Shown here: positions 19,411 to 28,567 of the stretch, in pieces
How positions within the stretch are numbered: the first letter of the stretch is position 1
Layout: each line of letters begins with the position of its first letter
Assembly (NCBI GenBank): GCA_965116875.1
Contig: OZ220733.1
Span: 5,376,001-5,440,000, forward strand
Reading direction: 5' to 3'
DNA from: Candidatus Latescibacterota bacterium
GTDB taxonomy: Bacteria; Latescibacterota; UBA2968; GCA-2709665
Length of the DNA: 64,000 bases
Made by a program: the position numbers and the translations under genes
The notes under the pieces: generated by a model
Databases searched by the model: none
Told to the model about the DNA's origin: nothing
What the model saw: the letters and a program-made list of their open reading frames with translations, nothing else

Positions 19411-19869
19411 GTGGAGATTTATTGCGAAAAACCGCCATACCATCGCCCTGAGCAACGTTGCACCTTGCCCCTGCTGCGTTAGGCCGCACCTACGCGCCTT
19501 ATCTCCGACACACGCTCCTTCTCAAGTTCCAACGTTGACCGCTCTAACGATGTCCCCATTACACCCGTTTTCGGAGGGGACTCAAGATTGACGCGGGGAA
19601 AACCGTAAAACAGGCGGGGCGCGGGGGTTGCGCCGTACCAGTCGAGCACCGACTCGCCGGCGCGATCGACGTCCGCTGTGGTTACTCCGGCGCGGACGGA
19701 ACCCGCCATTTCCCTCAATGTGGCGGCAACCACCCGCCCGGCCTTCGCAAGGCCTTCGAAATCTTCAGGACATTCTATCGACAACGTCATGCTCCCATTG
19801 GAAAGGATGACTCTCAATAATGACCAGCTTGAAGCAATAATAGGGTTTACGGGACAGTGCTCGGGTTGC

Positions 19870-20025
19870 CTGTGACGTTCCCGCTGTTTGCGAACCGCCG
19901 TAGCGATGCGCAGGAAGGTCCTCGCAGGCCAAGAGTGCTTTCGACAATCTCAGGACTGGCTACGCGCCGATTCCCAAGTACAAATGTCATTCGACCGTGG
20001 GAATCTCACGCCGGGAATGTTCAGG
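19870..20025 (-). repeat. attC-family site
   Basis: R'' CCTGAAC overlaps the SDR stop; arm ends GGTTCGCAAACAGCGGGAAC-GTCACAG. Confidence 0.7.
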
Positions 20026-20851
20026 GCTGTCGACCATCGACGTCTGCAAATCCGTACTCTAGGGCCAAATCGAGGACCTCCAGATATGGAGTTACTCCGA
20101 CTTTGCCCATCACCTCCGGGTCGCCAGCCAACGCCGCGATCGCCCGGCCGGCGTATACTGGCGTAAACGTCTTCTCCAGATCTTCAGGTCTGGTGCTCTC
20201 GTCAGGCACCCAGGTTCGCATGTATTGGTGTTCGTCGCCAAGCGACAACAGGATAACTGCGATCCCGTTTTCGCGGCATTCCTCTGCCATTCCATGCGAC
20301 ATTCGATATATCGCGGACTTGAACGTGTCATAGAACAGATTCGGGTGGAACTTGCTGTCCGGATTGATCCCGCTCGTAGTATTGACGATCAGACCGTGTC
20401 CCTGCTCCAGCATGATCGAAATCGCGCCCCGAGCAGCCGTCATATGGGATCTCAAACCGGCTCCGTACATGAGTTCCCACTGCCGAATTGGGAGTTCCCA
20501 GAACCGTTTTCGCCCCCAAAATCCATCGGCCATCTCGTAGCCGCCCCAGGCATTACTCACGAGCACATCCAGCCGTCCTTGCTCTTTCTTGATTCGCCTG
20601 AAGAGTTCCTCAACCTGCTCATCTTTCGTGTGATCTATCCGGACAGGAATCCCCTCGCCGCCACCTTGAGTCACCGTTTCAGCCGTGTCTTCAATGGTTT
20701 CGCCGGGGACGTCCGTGGTCTGGTTCCCGCGGATGCTGCGTCCCGTCACATATACAGTCGCGCCGGCTTCACCGAGCGCAGTGGCAATGCCCTTCCCCCC
20801 GCCGCGACTTGCTCCCGTCACCACGGCTACTCTGTTTGGCAAAGTCTTCAT
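20021..20851 (-). CDS. SDR family oxidoreductase (DHRS1-like)
   Basis: VAVVTGASRGGGKG, GRLDVLVSNAWGG, YDTFK. Confidence 0.9.
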   Translation of the reverse strand: MKTLPNRVAVVTGASRGGGKGIATALGEAGATVYVTGRSIRGNQTTDVPGETIEDTAETVTQGGGEGIPVRIDHTKDEQVEELFRRIKKEQGRLDVLVSNAWGGYEMADGFWGRKRFWELPIRQWELMYGAGLRSHMTAARGAISIMLEQGHGLIVNTTSGINPDSKFHPNLFYDTFKSAIYRMSHGMAEECRENGIAVILLSLGDEHQYMRTWVPDESTRPEDLEKTFTPVYAGRAIAALAGDPEVMGKVGVTPYLEVLDLALEYGFADVDGRQP

Positions 20852-20981
20852 ATCCCGGATTTCCTGTCCTCCAACATCTCACATAGGCATCGCTTAAACG
20901 TCCATGCCAACCGCCGGCCCGCCGGAGCGTTGCGAATGTGCGCTTCAGCCAGGACGAAGAGAGCCCTGCGAAAGGCATAGG

Positions 20982-21083
20982 GTATGACGTTTTCAGTGCC
21001 CGCGATCCCGCGTAGCGGTCGCGCCTCAAGACCAGGCATCTGTGGCATGGATGGTACTCGTGTAAAGAGCCGTGTTGTTTTTC
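20982..21083 (-). repeat. attC-family site (degenerate)
   Basis: GTATGACGTTTT..CGCGATCCCGCGTAGCGGT matches the family arm. Confidence 0.55.
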
Positions 21084-21114
21084 CAGGCGATAGATGGGAG
21101 AAGCGATCGTTGTC

Positions 21115-21924
21115 TTATTTTTTTTGTTTCGCAAAGAAGGCGCGTACACTCAATAGCTGATTCGCATAAAACTCAGCATCCTGGTTCTCGCGTGATTCCA
21201 GGGCCGATACTGAGGCGCTGAACTCCGATTCGCCAACGTCTTTCTCGCCGTTCAGGATCCTTGTCAGCCCGATATAGCCCTCCAACATCTCTATTTCCTC
21301 AGGTTTGGAGCCATGTGCCTTGCTGTGATCCCGCGCCTTCGCAAAGACCGAAAGAGCTTCGCCATAGGACTCCATTGCAATGAGGTGTGCGCCAAGAAAC
21401 CAGTACGTAAACGCCAACTGAACGGCACTTGGATCAAGCTCGTGCAATTGCCGAACGCTATAACGGGCCATTGCAAGACCCTGTCGCATCTGGTCTGGCG
21501 AAATCGCAATCCCGGGCTCCTCCCAGCCGATCCAGGTACAGGATGCTGCGTCGGTCGCCATCCTCTTGGCAGCAAAACGAAGCTTTTTTGCCGCAACGTC
21601 ATCCTTTCCATCATGCGTGGCTGCTCGACCCAGGCAGTAGTGGATGCCGGCATTTGCAAAGTGAAGCACCTGCTCCGTGGATTTGGCCTTCCAGTAACAG
21701 TCCAGAACAAGGTTGCCGTAAGCCCCAACAATCTCTGACTCGTCTTCAAGTCCAAGTACAAATTCGCTTGCAGCAAACAGGTCCTTTTCCCTTGAAAGAG
21801 ATTGGACGGCTTTGAAAATGTCTTCACGTGTCATACCTGCTCCCTTGCTGCCGACTTCGCCAACGACTGGCAACGCAAGGCCGAGTACGAATACACCGGG
21901 GAGTATCCAGTCTATCTGAGCCAT
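21115..21924 (-). CDS. Hypothetical helical (TPR-like) protein, possibly secreted
   Basis: 269 aa ORF with AGGAGG RBS and hydrophobic N-terminus. Confidence 0.65.
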   Translation of the reverse strand: MAQIDWILPGVFVLGLALPVVGEVGSKGAGMTREDIFKAVQSLSREKDLFAASEFVLGLEDESEIVGAYGNLVLDCYWKAKSTEQVLHFANAGIHYCLGRAATHDGKDDVAAKKLRFAAKRMATDAASCTWIGWEEPGIAISPDQMRQGLAMARYSVRQLHELDPSAVQLAFTYWFLGAHLIAMESYGEALSVFAKARDHSKAHGSKPEEIEMLEGYIGLTRILNGEKDVGESEFSASVSALESRENQDAEFYANQLLSVRAFFAKQKK

Positions 21925-21999
21925 CCCAATTGGTCCTCCTGTGCTGAGGATAATTTGCCGGCGGCACCCGCAGTTTGCAATGGAATGGCCGCGGCAGAC

Positions 22000-23208
22000 T
22001 CACGCACGCAGGAGCTCTAGGCATTCCTCATAGGCTTCGAATCGCTCGCCTTCGCGTTCCTCGGGATCCACCTTCTTGAGGAACAGTGCGCTGCCGGGTT
22101 TCTTTCCGGTAAACTCGCGGTGGCTCCTGATGTGCGCCGGGTTCTCACCGCTCCACTTGACCTCGCCATCCTGCAGATAGACGAAGTTTCCTCCGTGTTC
22201 CTCGATCATCGCCTGCATCCGATCGCGATAGAACAGTCCCTGCTCGCAAGCCGTCTCCCTCACCGTGGCCATGATTTCGGGCGGATCTTCCTCGACAGAG
22301 TCGAACTCGTTCAGTGGACCCTCGACCTCGCTCTCGAAGTCGATTTCGTCGAGATTGACCGTACCGAAACCACTCTGCGCGGCAACGAGGAGATGGTTGC
22401 GGTCGCGACGGAATGGCGGCGTGGGCCAATCGGACGCGGGATCGTGCCCCATCAGGCTCGTGCCCACGGCATCGGTGGCGATGATCTGGTCGCCCGCGAT
22501 GAGGGCGTTGCACACGCGTCCCTCGCCGTCCCACTCACGACCCCATTGACCGGTCGTGGCATCTACGATATTGAGACAAGGGTTGGTAATACGCGCCAGA
22601 TCGGGCAGCACGTAGGACAGCCGGATTGCGTGGTGGAAATAGCTGCGCACCCGACCCTCCGGCGGAATCGTGGGCGTGAGGCCGAACAGATTCTTGGTGC
22701 AAAGCGTGACACCCATGAAGAGGTGGTTCTTCAACTTGGCGACGGAAACGACCTCATCCGCTTCGCTGAAGCACCGGCTGAGCGTGTAGCGCTGGAACAT
22801 GAAGCCGCCGCCCGGTACGTCATATTCTGCGAAGGGGGGATAATTCGATTCCGCGTGATCGACGTCGAATTCCTCGAGCAGCGGAAGATAGTTGAAATAG
22901 CCCGTCGCGGCCCCGGATGCGTCCCGGCAGAACGTATCGGCGGCGACAAGCGTCGCTGAGGTCCGTTCCCGCAATAGCCGAAGGACGGCGCGGAAGACAG
23001 CATCGTCGACGAGTTCTCGACGGCGGCCCTCGAAACGAGCCACATTCGTATGCCCCATGTTGAATTTGAGCGCGATGCGGCCCGCCTTTTCCAGCTTCTC
23101 CCAGGTGCGCACGAGGGGGGCGGTCGCCCGTACCAGGTTCTCGTAGACCTCCTCGTCGGAGGCCCGGTGATCGCAACGGACTGCACGTACGCTGAATTCA
23201 CGGTCCAT
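22000..23208 (-). CDS. DUF362 domain protein
   Basis: IALKFN, VSVAKLKNH..MGVTLCTKNLFG and ATDAVG motifs. Confidence 0.85.
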   Translation of the reverse strand: MDREFSVRAVRCDHRASDEEVYENLVRATAPLVRTWEKLEKAGRIALKFNMGHTNVARFEGRRRELVDDAVFRAVLRLLRERTSATLVAADTFCRDASGAATGYFNYLPLLEEFDVDHAESNYPPFAEYDVPGGGFMFQRYTLSRCFSEADEVVSVAKLKNHLFMGVTLCTKNLFGLTPTIPPEGRVRSYFHHAIRLSYVLPDLARITNPCLNIVDATTGQWGREWDGEGRVCNALIAGDQIIATDAVGTSLMGHDPASDWPTPPFRRDRNHLLVAAQSGFGTVNLDEIDFESEVEGPLNEFDSVEEDPPEIMATVRETACEQGLFYRDRMQAMIEEHGGNFVYLQDGEVKWSGENPAHIRSHREFTGKKPGSALFLKKVDPEEREGERFEAYEECLELLRA

Positions 23209-23299
23209 CTCTTAACTCTCCTTGTGTGATTCCGGCCTGATGCAGGAAATGGAAGAAGCCGCAGCCCGTCAGACCAGGCAGTCTTTTGGGGGCTGCCGT

Positions 23300-24259
23300 C
23301 TATTCGAGAAGCTTCAGCACAGTTGTCCGGTCCCAGCCTCCGGGCGTTGGCCCCTGGTACGCTGCGAGGATGTCCAGCACTCTTGCCAGGGAATGTAGTT
23401 TCAGGACCCGTTCTTTTTCGGCACTCAACATTCCATAGGTCCGCCAGAAGCATTCGGCCAGTTCCGGCGTATTGAGGAATACGCTCAGATAAAGATCCCT
23501 GGAGTCGGTGAATGCCGGTGCAAATGCGACATTTCCGAAGTCAAGCACCGCCGCCAGATTCAGGGTCGCGGGGTCTACGCGAAGATTCTGAAACTGAAAG
23601 TCATGATGTACAATTGCGTCTACTTCCGTCTCTCCCATCGAATCGACGAGGTCGGTCCAAAGCGCATCGCAGCGATCGAGGGTGTCTTTCCCAAGCCAGC
23701 CTTGCTTCCGGAGTAGCCCGACTGCCCGCTGGAATCTGTTCTCCTCGGACTTCCACCACTCGCTCCCGCTCATCGGGTCGCCGAGAATCGCCGCGACATC
23801 CGGCCCAATGGGAACTGAGTGGAGGTCTCTGAGGTAAGACGCGCATTGCGCAAGGATCTTCTCCCTGTCATCGAAGCCAATCTCGCTCCAAAACCGGTCG
23901 CCATCGACGCCGTCCGCATATTCGATCAGTGCATGGGGATACGCAACATTCGAGTCGCCGGACGAGGCGTAGATCCAGTTTGGCGTTGGCAACGCAGATT
24001 TGCGCTGGACGATTTTGACTACACCCTCTTCCCTTCGCATCACCTCGTCATCCGCGCATCTGACCCAGACCTTCAATACAAGTAAATCACCACGGGTCGA
24101 CTCCAACAGGAAAATCGCGTTCACCTCGCCGCGTTTCAACCTTCGTATCGCAGTCGGTTGCGGAAATCCGGCCTTTGAACAAATGGCCTGCGCGATCGGA
24201 AGCGAAATATCGTATTCGACGAATTCCCGGTACGTTAACAATGGTTTTGGCGCGGTCAT
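23300..24259 (-). CDS. Aminoglycoside phosphotransferase (APH)-family kinase
   Basis: GEVNAIF, LVLKV, Brenner motif HHDFQFQNL and AVLDFG. Confidence 0.82.
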   Translation of the reverse strand: MTAPKPLLTYREFVEYDISLPIAQAICSKAGFPQPTAIRRLKRGEVNAIFLLESTRGDLLVLKVWVRCADDEVMRREEGVVKIVQRKSALPTPNWIYASSGDSNVAYPHALIEYADGVDGDRFWSEIGFDDREKILAQCASYLRDLHSVPIGPDVAAILGDPMSGSEWWKSEENRFQRAVGLLRKQGWLGKDTLDRCDALWTDLVDSMGETEVDAIVHHDFQFQNLRVDPATLNLAAVLDFGNVAFAPAFTDSRDLYLSVFLNTPELAECFWRTYGMLSAEKERVLKLHSLARVLDILAAYQGPTPGGWDRTTVLKLLE

Positions 24260-24346
24260 AAACAAACACAAGATGAGAACCATCGGCCTGCAGTTGCCGC
24301 ATAAAGGCCGTGGCACCTCCAAACTCGCGGAATGGAATTGAGCCCT

Positions 24347-25102
24347 CTAAATCCCATTCGGTTCTCGTTCCGATTCTTGATCCACGCGTCCGGACTCGGC
24401 AATTCTAAGCAGATGGCTTGCAAGAATAACCATCTCAGCCGCTTCCTCAGCGCCTAAAGCAACATTGCGATGGCTATGCGGATTCTTGTATAAGCCAATG
24501 GCTCCGGCAAACAAGCTTGAAAGGGCTTCACGCTCTGCGGTTTGTAGGTTTACATCGCGTAGTGGTCCAGACTGGTGGTGGAACGCTTTGCGCATCAGTT
24601 TTGTCCCAACATCATTCTCTGAATACTCACCGCGCTTGCGGACAGCGATCTCAACCTCTTTGAAGGCATTGAAGACGGCTGTGTCGTAGACGCCTCGACT
24701 GAAGGAAGGCATCGAAGCCTGCGCAATATTCGGATGTAACATCCTTCTTGGAAGTAAGTCATTACGTCGGTACGCCGTATAATCCGCGTGACTCTTGAAG
24801 CTCTTACCGCGGCGTGTAACGAAGAACCAGCCTTCCTCACTGCCGGGTTTAGGCGCCAACAGTCCCTCTCGTTCCAGCCAGACCCATCCTTCCATCAGGA
24901 CCTTCTTGATTTCATCTTCATTGCATTCCGGAGAGTATTCCCCGATCCAATCCGCAAGGCTGAAGTTGTAGCGACTCAACGCTTCCGTTTCTCTAGGATC
25001 CAGCGAGTTCAGATGTTCGAGGATAACGCCGCCAACTTCCTCAGGTTCCAGCGATAGCAGGAGTTCTGGATCTGGAACAATATCGGGAATAGACTTGCTC
25101 AT
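24347..25102 (-). CDS. TIGR02391 family protein
   Basis: YDTAVFNAFKEVEIAVR..GTKLMRKAF..LFAGAIGLYKNPHSHR. Confidence 0.85.
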   Translation of the reverse strand: MSKSIPDIVPDPELLLSLEPEEVGGVILEHLNSLDPRETEALSRYNFSLADWIGEYSPECNEDEIKKVLMEGWVWLEREGLLAPKPGSEEGWFFVTRRGKSFKSHADYTAYRRNDLLPRRMLHPNIAQASMPSFSRGVYDTAVFNAFKEVEIAVRKRGEYSENDVGTKLMRKAFHHQSGPLRDVNLQTAEREALSSLFAGAIGLYKNPHSHRNVALGAEEAAEMVILASHLLRIAESGRVDQESEREPNGI

Positions 25103-25166
25103 AGATGTGTACTCCCAGTAGGTAGAGTGGCAGCTGGAGTTCGACGATTTACGGTCGATCGGTAAT

Positions 25167-25892
25167 TCATGTGACATCAAGTTCGTAGAGTTTATAGATG
25201 GGTTCAATGTGATGCCACTGTAAAACGTTGATTAGCCAGAACCGCAAATCCCGTGTTGGAGCAGGCTCCGTCAGACGAAAGTTGGCCTGTTGCAAGAGTA
25301 AATCCTTATCTTCATCACCGTTGATTATTACATCAACCATGTGCTTAAGATTTGAACTGGGATCAGTACCATGCTCGGATCGCAAGGACCTGATAGCAAT
25401 ATTGCTTGCCTCGATCAGGATCGGTGAAGGACATGCTTCCATAATGCCAAAAACCTTAGGATATCGGCGGTATAGTTCATCCGCCACTCCAGGAACTTCT
25501 CGGCGGTACAATTCTTCAAGGAAGTCAATCGTGTATGTCAACAATTCTGAGCCGAATCTTTTGCCTATGGCATACCGTATAGCTGTTGATTTTGCGGGCG
25601 ACATGTAGGTATCTCCATGCTGCCAGTTCCAACTACCAGTTTCCTGGTTCGCCATTTTTGCGAAGGATCCACTTCTTACTGTATATAGGTGTGAGTCTCG
25701 TAAGTGTGTTTCACATAACGCCAAAACTTCGCGCGCGAGGCACAATAGGTTCCAATCTTTGACGGGATTCGTCCCTGCCAATCCATATTGCGAAATCCCA
25801 TCTACAAAAACCGTGGAAGTACCATGATACAGCGGAACCAGCAGGCGGCCGTTATATGTTAAATCCTTCATATTGAAGGTCTCCTTTGTCAC
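25167..25892 (-). CDS. Hypothetical protein with ADP-ribosyltransferase-like motifs
   Basis: LYHGTS...I...GL and TYMSPAKSTAIRYA; lower GC than neighbours. Confidence 0.6.
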   Translation of the reverse strand: MTKETFNMKDLTYNGRLLVPLYHGTSTVFVDGISQYGLAGTNPVKDWNLLCLAREVLALCETHLRDSHLYTVRSGSFAKMANQETGSWNWQHGDTYMSPAKSTAIRYAIGKRFGSELLTYTIDFLEELYRREVPGVADELYRRYPKVFGIMEACPSPILIEASNIAIRSLRSEHGTDPSSNLKHMVDVIINGDEDKDLLLQQANFRLTEPAPTRDLRFWLINVLQWHHIEPIYKLYELDVT

Positions 25893-25996
25893 AATTGGAC
25901 CTCGCCCGGCTGACGATTGGCGTCTGTGACGGCTTCAGGTCCAGCTTGGCCGCGGTTGCGGCGAAATGCGAACCATGCTGGTACGGGACGAATGCT

Positions 25997-26437
25997 TTAC
26001 TTGCGTCGGTCCATCGACTCTCTCAGCCGGTCAATCTTGTCGTCGTATCCGGCAACGAGCCGAGGAAGCGCTCTGACATCGGCCCACAAGAAATCGAACG
26101 GATGGATGAGAGATCCGTCCTCGGCGTGTTCTCCATGACGCCAGGATTCCCTTGTTGGCCCTTCGACAGACAGATGAAAGAACCAGCGATGCTGGAGTTC
26201 ATCGCTCCCGCAGTCCCGCATGTCCCGTGTATCCCGGCCCAGGAATCGTATAAATCTGAGCTCCGATAGTCCCGTCTCCTCTTCTGCTTCCCGCATCACC
26301 GCATCCCGAGGCTTCTCCCCCGGCTCAATCGTCCCCGCGGGAACCTGAATGCCGGCTTCCGGCGCTCCGGGCTGCGTAAAGAGCAGCAGCCGGCGCCCAC
26401 TTGTGATATAGGCGTAGGCTCTGTGGCGTGTTGTCAT
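25997..26437 (-). CDS. NUDIX hydrolase
   Basis: GTIEPGEKPRDAVMREAEEETGL. Confidence 0.9.
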   Translation of the reverse strand: MTTRHRAYAYITSGRRLLLFTQPGAPEAGIQVPAGTIEPGEKPRDAVMREAEEETGLSELRFIRFLGRDTRDMRDCGSDELQHRWFFHLSVEGPTRESWRHGEHAEDGSLIHPFDFLWADVRALPRLVAGYDDKIDRLRESMDRRK

Positions 26438-26582
26438 CCGGGTAGGAATTGGTGAGACCCCTGTCTCACAAGCCGTGCAAATTACTCGGCACCCCCGAAG
26501 CCGGAGGTGCCGTATTTGCCGAAATGGAGGTCAATTGGATCCTGGTAGACTTCGAGTGGCATCATCTACGCCTTGTTGGTCT

Positions 26583-26897
26583 TCATTCATTTCCTGCCGG
26601 TGCTTCCGACCAACGGCCGGCCATTTTCCGCAATTCTTGCTCATGAACAGGCCATTCGTGAAGTGTGGCGGGATCGAAGTCGGCGCCATTCGGCCAGACG
26701 AGCGTATGGACCTCAGCGTCAATACGCACCTGATTGAAGAGCACTTCATCTACCAGCGGTCCGAACAACTCACCCGCAAGTACAGGTCGAAAGTCGATAA
26801 CCTGGGTCGTTTCATCGTTGAAACTGACTTTGATCCGATGGGAACCAACAATCTCGAACGAAACGACTCGATGTATTGGATGACTCACGCTATCCAT
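26583..26897 (-). CDS. DUF2442 domain protein
   Basis: VSFNDETTQVIDF..GELFGPL..FNQV...TLVWPNGADFDPATL. Confidence 0.85.
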   Translation of the reverse strand: MDSVSHPIHRVVSFEIVGSHRIKVSFNDETTQVIDFRPVLAGELFGPLVDEVLFNQVRIDAEVHTLVWPNGADFDPATLHEWPVHEQELRKMAGRWSEAPAGNE

Positions 26898-26957
26898 ATT
26901 TGTTGTGTACCGAACCTGAAGATTTGCAGTGAAGCAATTGTACCGATCGGCTTCCCG

Positions 26958-27106
26958 GGAGCGAGGGCATCCTGCCCTAGACGGCTGATTCGCGCGGCTC
27001 TGGCGCCATCATTTTCAATATGAATTCGGATGCGAGGGAAACGATAGGCCCCTAATTCGGGTTTTGATGGGGTACAGGAAGTTCGAGGGCAGGATGCCCT
27101 CGCTCC
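26958..27106. repeat. REPIN-like inverted pair
   Basis: GGAGCGAGGGCATCCTGCCCT (26958-26978) and its exact reverse complement (27086-27106). Confidence 0.8.
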
Positions 27107-27400
27107 GGATGTTCGTGGATCATGCTGTGACAGTGGGCAGATCGCCTTCGGTCGCAGGCCGCTCATGTCCGGTTCGAAATCCCGCGGGAAATGTAACGAA
27201 TTCTACCTCGGTAAGCAAAATCCGAATCGGGACCGGCGGGGGTCCATTGCTGCCCCTCGGAACTTCACGCGCGAATAACTACTCTGATCCTCCACGTCCA
27301 TAAACGTCTACAGGTCTGCAAGCCTGGAACGTCGGTTGCCAAAAACGGAAAACGCGTTCGTGTCAACTCATTCTGTTTGTAAACGATAGGACGTCGACAT

Positions 27401-27795
27401 CCCTCCACCGCATCAGCCGTCGCCGGCCCGTTCGACCCTTCGACAATCCTTCAACATTTCGACGAGCTCAAAGCAAGCGGGCTTGCTTCGACAGGCTCAC
27501 TTCGGCAAGCTCAGTGCAGGAAGCACAAGCAGGACAGCGGCTCCGGGTCCGCAGGTTCAGGGCAGGTTATCGGTCTCCTGACAGCGGCTTAATGACGTCC
27601 AATGAACCAAATAACGCGTGGTCATTGAGCATGCCTGCATTGAGCTTGTCGAAATGTCGAAATGCCCGCTATGTAACAGCCATTCGACGGAACTCTGGGC
27701 GGCGCCTTCGACCCTTCGCCGGGCCCTTCGACAAGCTCAGGGACCGGCTCGGCTTCTGCCTGCCTCGCATGCTTCAGCAGACAGGCGACTCCCCT
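27401..27795. repeat. Composite REP-like element, inverted homolog of 8310-8590
   Basis: Multiple CTTCGACAAGCTCA units; 27614-27666 is nearly the reverse complement of 8400-8451. Confidence 0.75.
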
Positions 27796-27922
27796 ATGGT
27801 GAGTGATTGGACCGTTCATCCGATGGGCTTTTGATTCAAGCCGAATGCTGAGAGCTGACGGCAGATCGCTGTTTTTCCTGATTCCGGTCGGCCCAGCTTT
27901 GGGAATCGATCTACCTGACGTA

Positions 27923-28567
27923 CTACGGCCATTTGTAGTGCCGTATCTTCGGATCGCGGTACCTCGCCCGCGTATCCCACCACATTGCGATGCCGATGCC
28001 GCCTTCGTCGTACCTGGCATCGGTCACCTGGTTGACGAGCCTTCCGTCGATATAGGTGGTCAACGAACGGTGTCGCGCCGAGATGATGACGTGGTACTCT
28101 CGGCCCTTCTCCAGAGCGTAGTTGACGACACTGAGCTTGGTGACGCCGTGGATGCCCGGCTCGCGCAACGTGACGTTCATGGTTTGCCAGGCATAATCGA
28201 ATTCAACGAAGTAGAAGCCCTTTCTGTCGTCGGTGACGCGGAAGGGGAACTGCATGCACGAGCCCTTTTCCAGCGTCACGAAAAGCGAAACCTCGTAGTT
28301 CCTCCAGCCGGAATCACCCTGAAAAATATGGGACTTGCGTTTGCCGTCCAGCTGACCGAGAATGGCGTCTCCATCGCGAGACCACCCTCCGGAGGACGCG
28401 GTCGCCAGCCAGCCTTCCAGGCCCTTGCCCTGAAGAAGCGATCGCCAGGGGATGATCAGCCCGTCAGGACGGCTCCGGCCATAGTCGGAGTCGACGCCGC
28501 CGGAACCCGCGTTGACCGTCGATACCGCGAAACGAAGCGTGAGCAAGCAAACCAGGGGGAATTTCAT
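27923..28567 (-). CDS. DUF1080 (3-keto-disaccharide hydrolase-like) domain protein
   Basis: WRSLLQGKGLEGW...WRNYEV...GGIGI..ARYRDPKIR; signal peptide. Confidence 0.75.
   Translation of the reverse strand: MKFPLVCLLTLRFAVSTVNAGSGGVDSDYGRSRPDGLIIPWRSLLQGKGLEGWLATASSGGWSRDGDAILGQLDGKRKSHIFQGDSGWRNYEVSLFVTLEKGSCMQFPFRVTDDRKGFYFVEFDYAWQTMNVTLREPGIHGVTKLSVVNYALEKGREYHVIISARHRSLTTYIDGRLVNQVTDARYDEGGIGIAMWWDTRARYRDPKIRHYKWP

Larger units (their letters stand above)
16074..19583 (+). mobile_element. IS5/IS1182-like insertion sequence (outer element) containing a nested IS1380
   Basis: TIRs GAGTCCACTCCGAAAA / TTTTCGGAGGGGACTC; 6-bp target duplication AAGATT at 16068-16073 and 19584-19589. Confidence 0.88.
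15525..19790 (-). pseudogene. map: Type I methionine aminopeptidase interrupted by nested IS elements
   Basis: Joining 19790-19584 to 16067-15525 restores [37 protein letters not shown]..IHEDP and SAHYEHTV motifs present. Confidence 0.92.
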
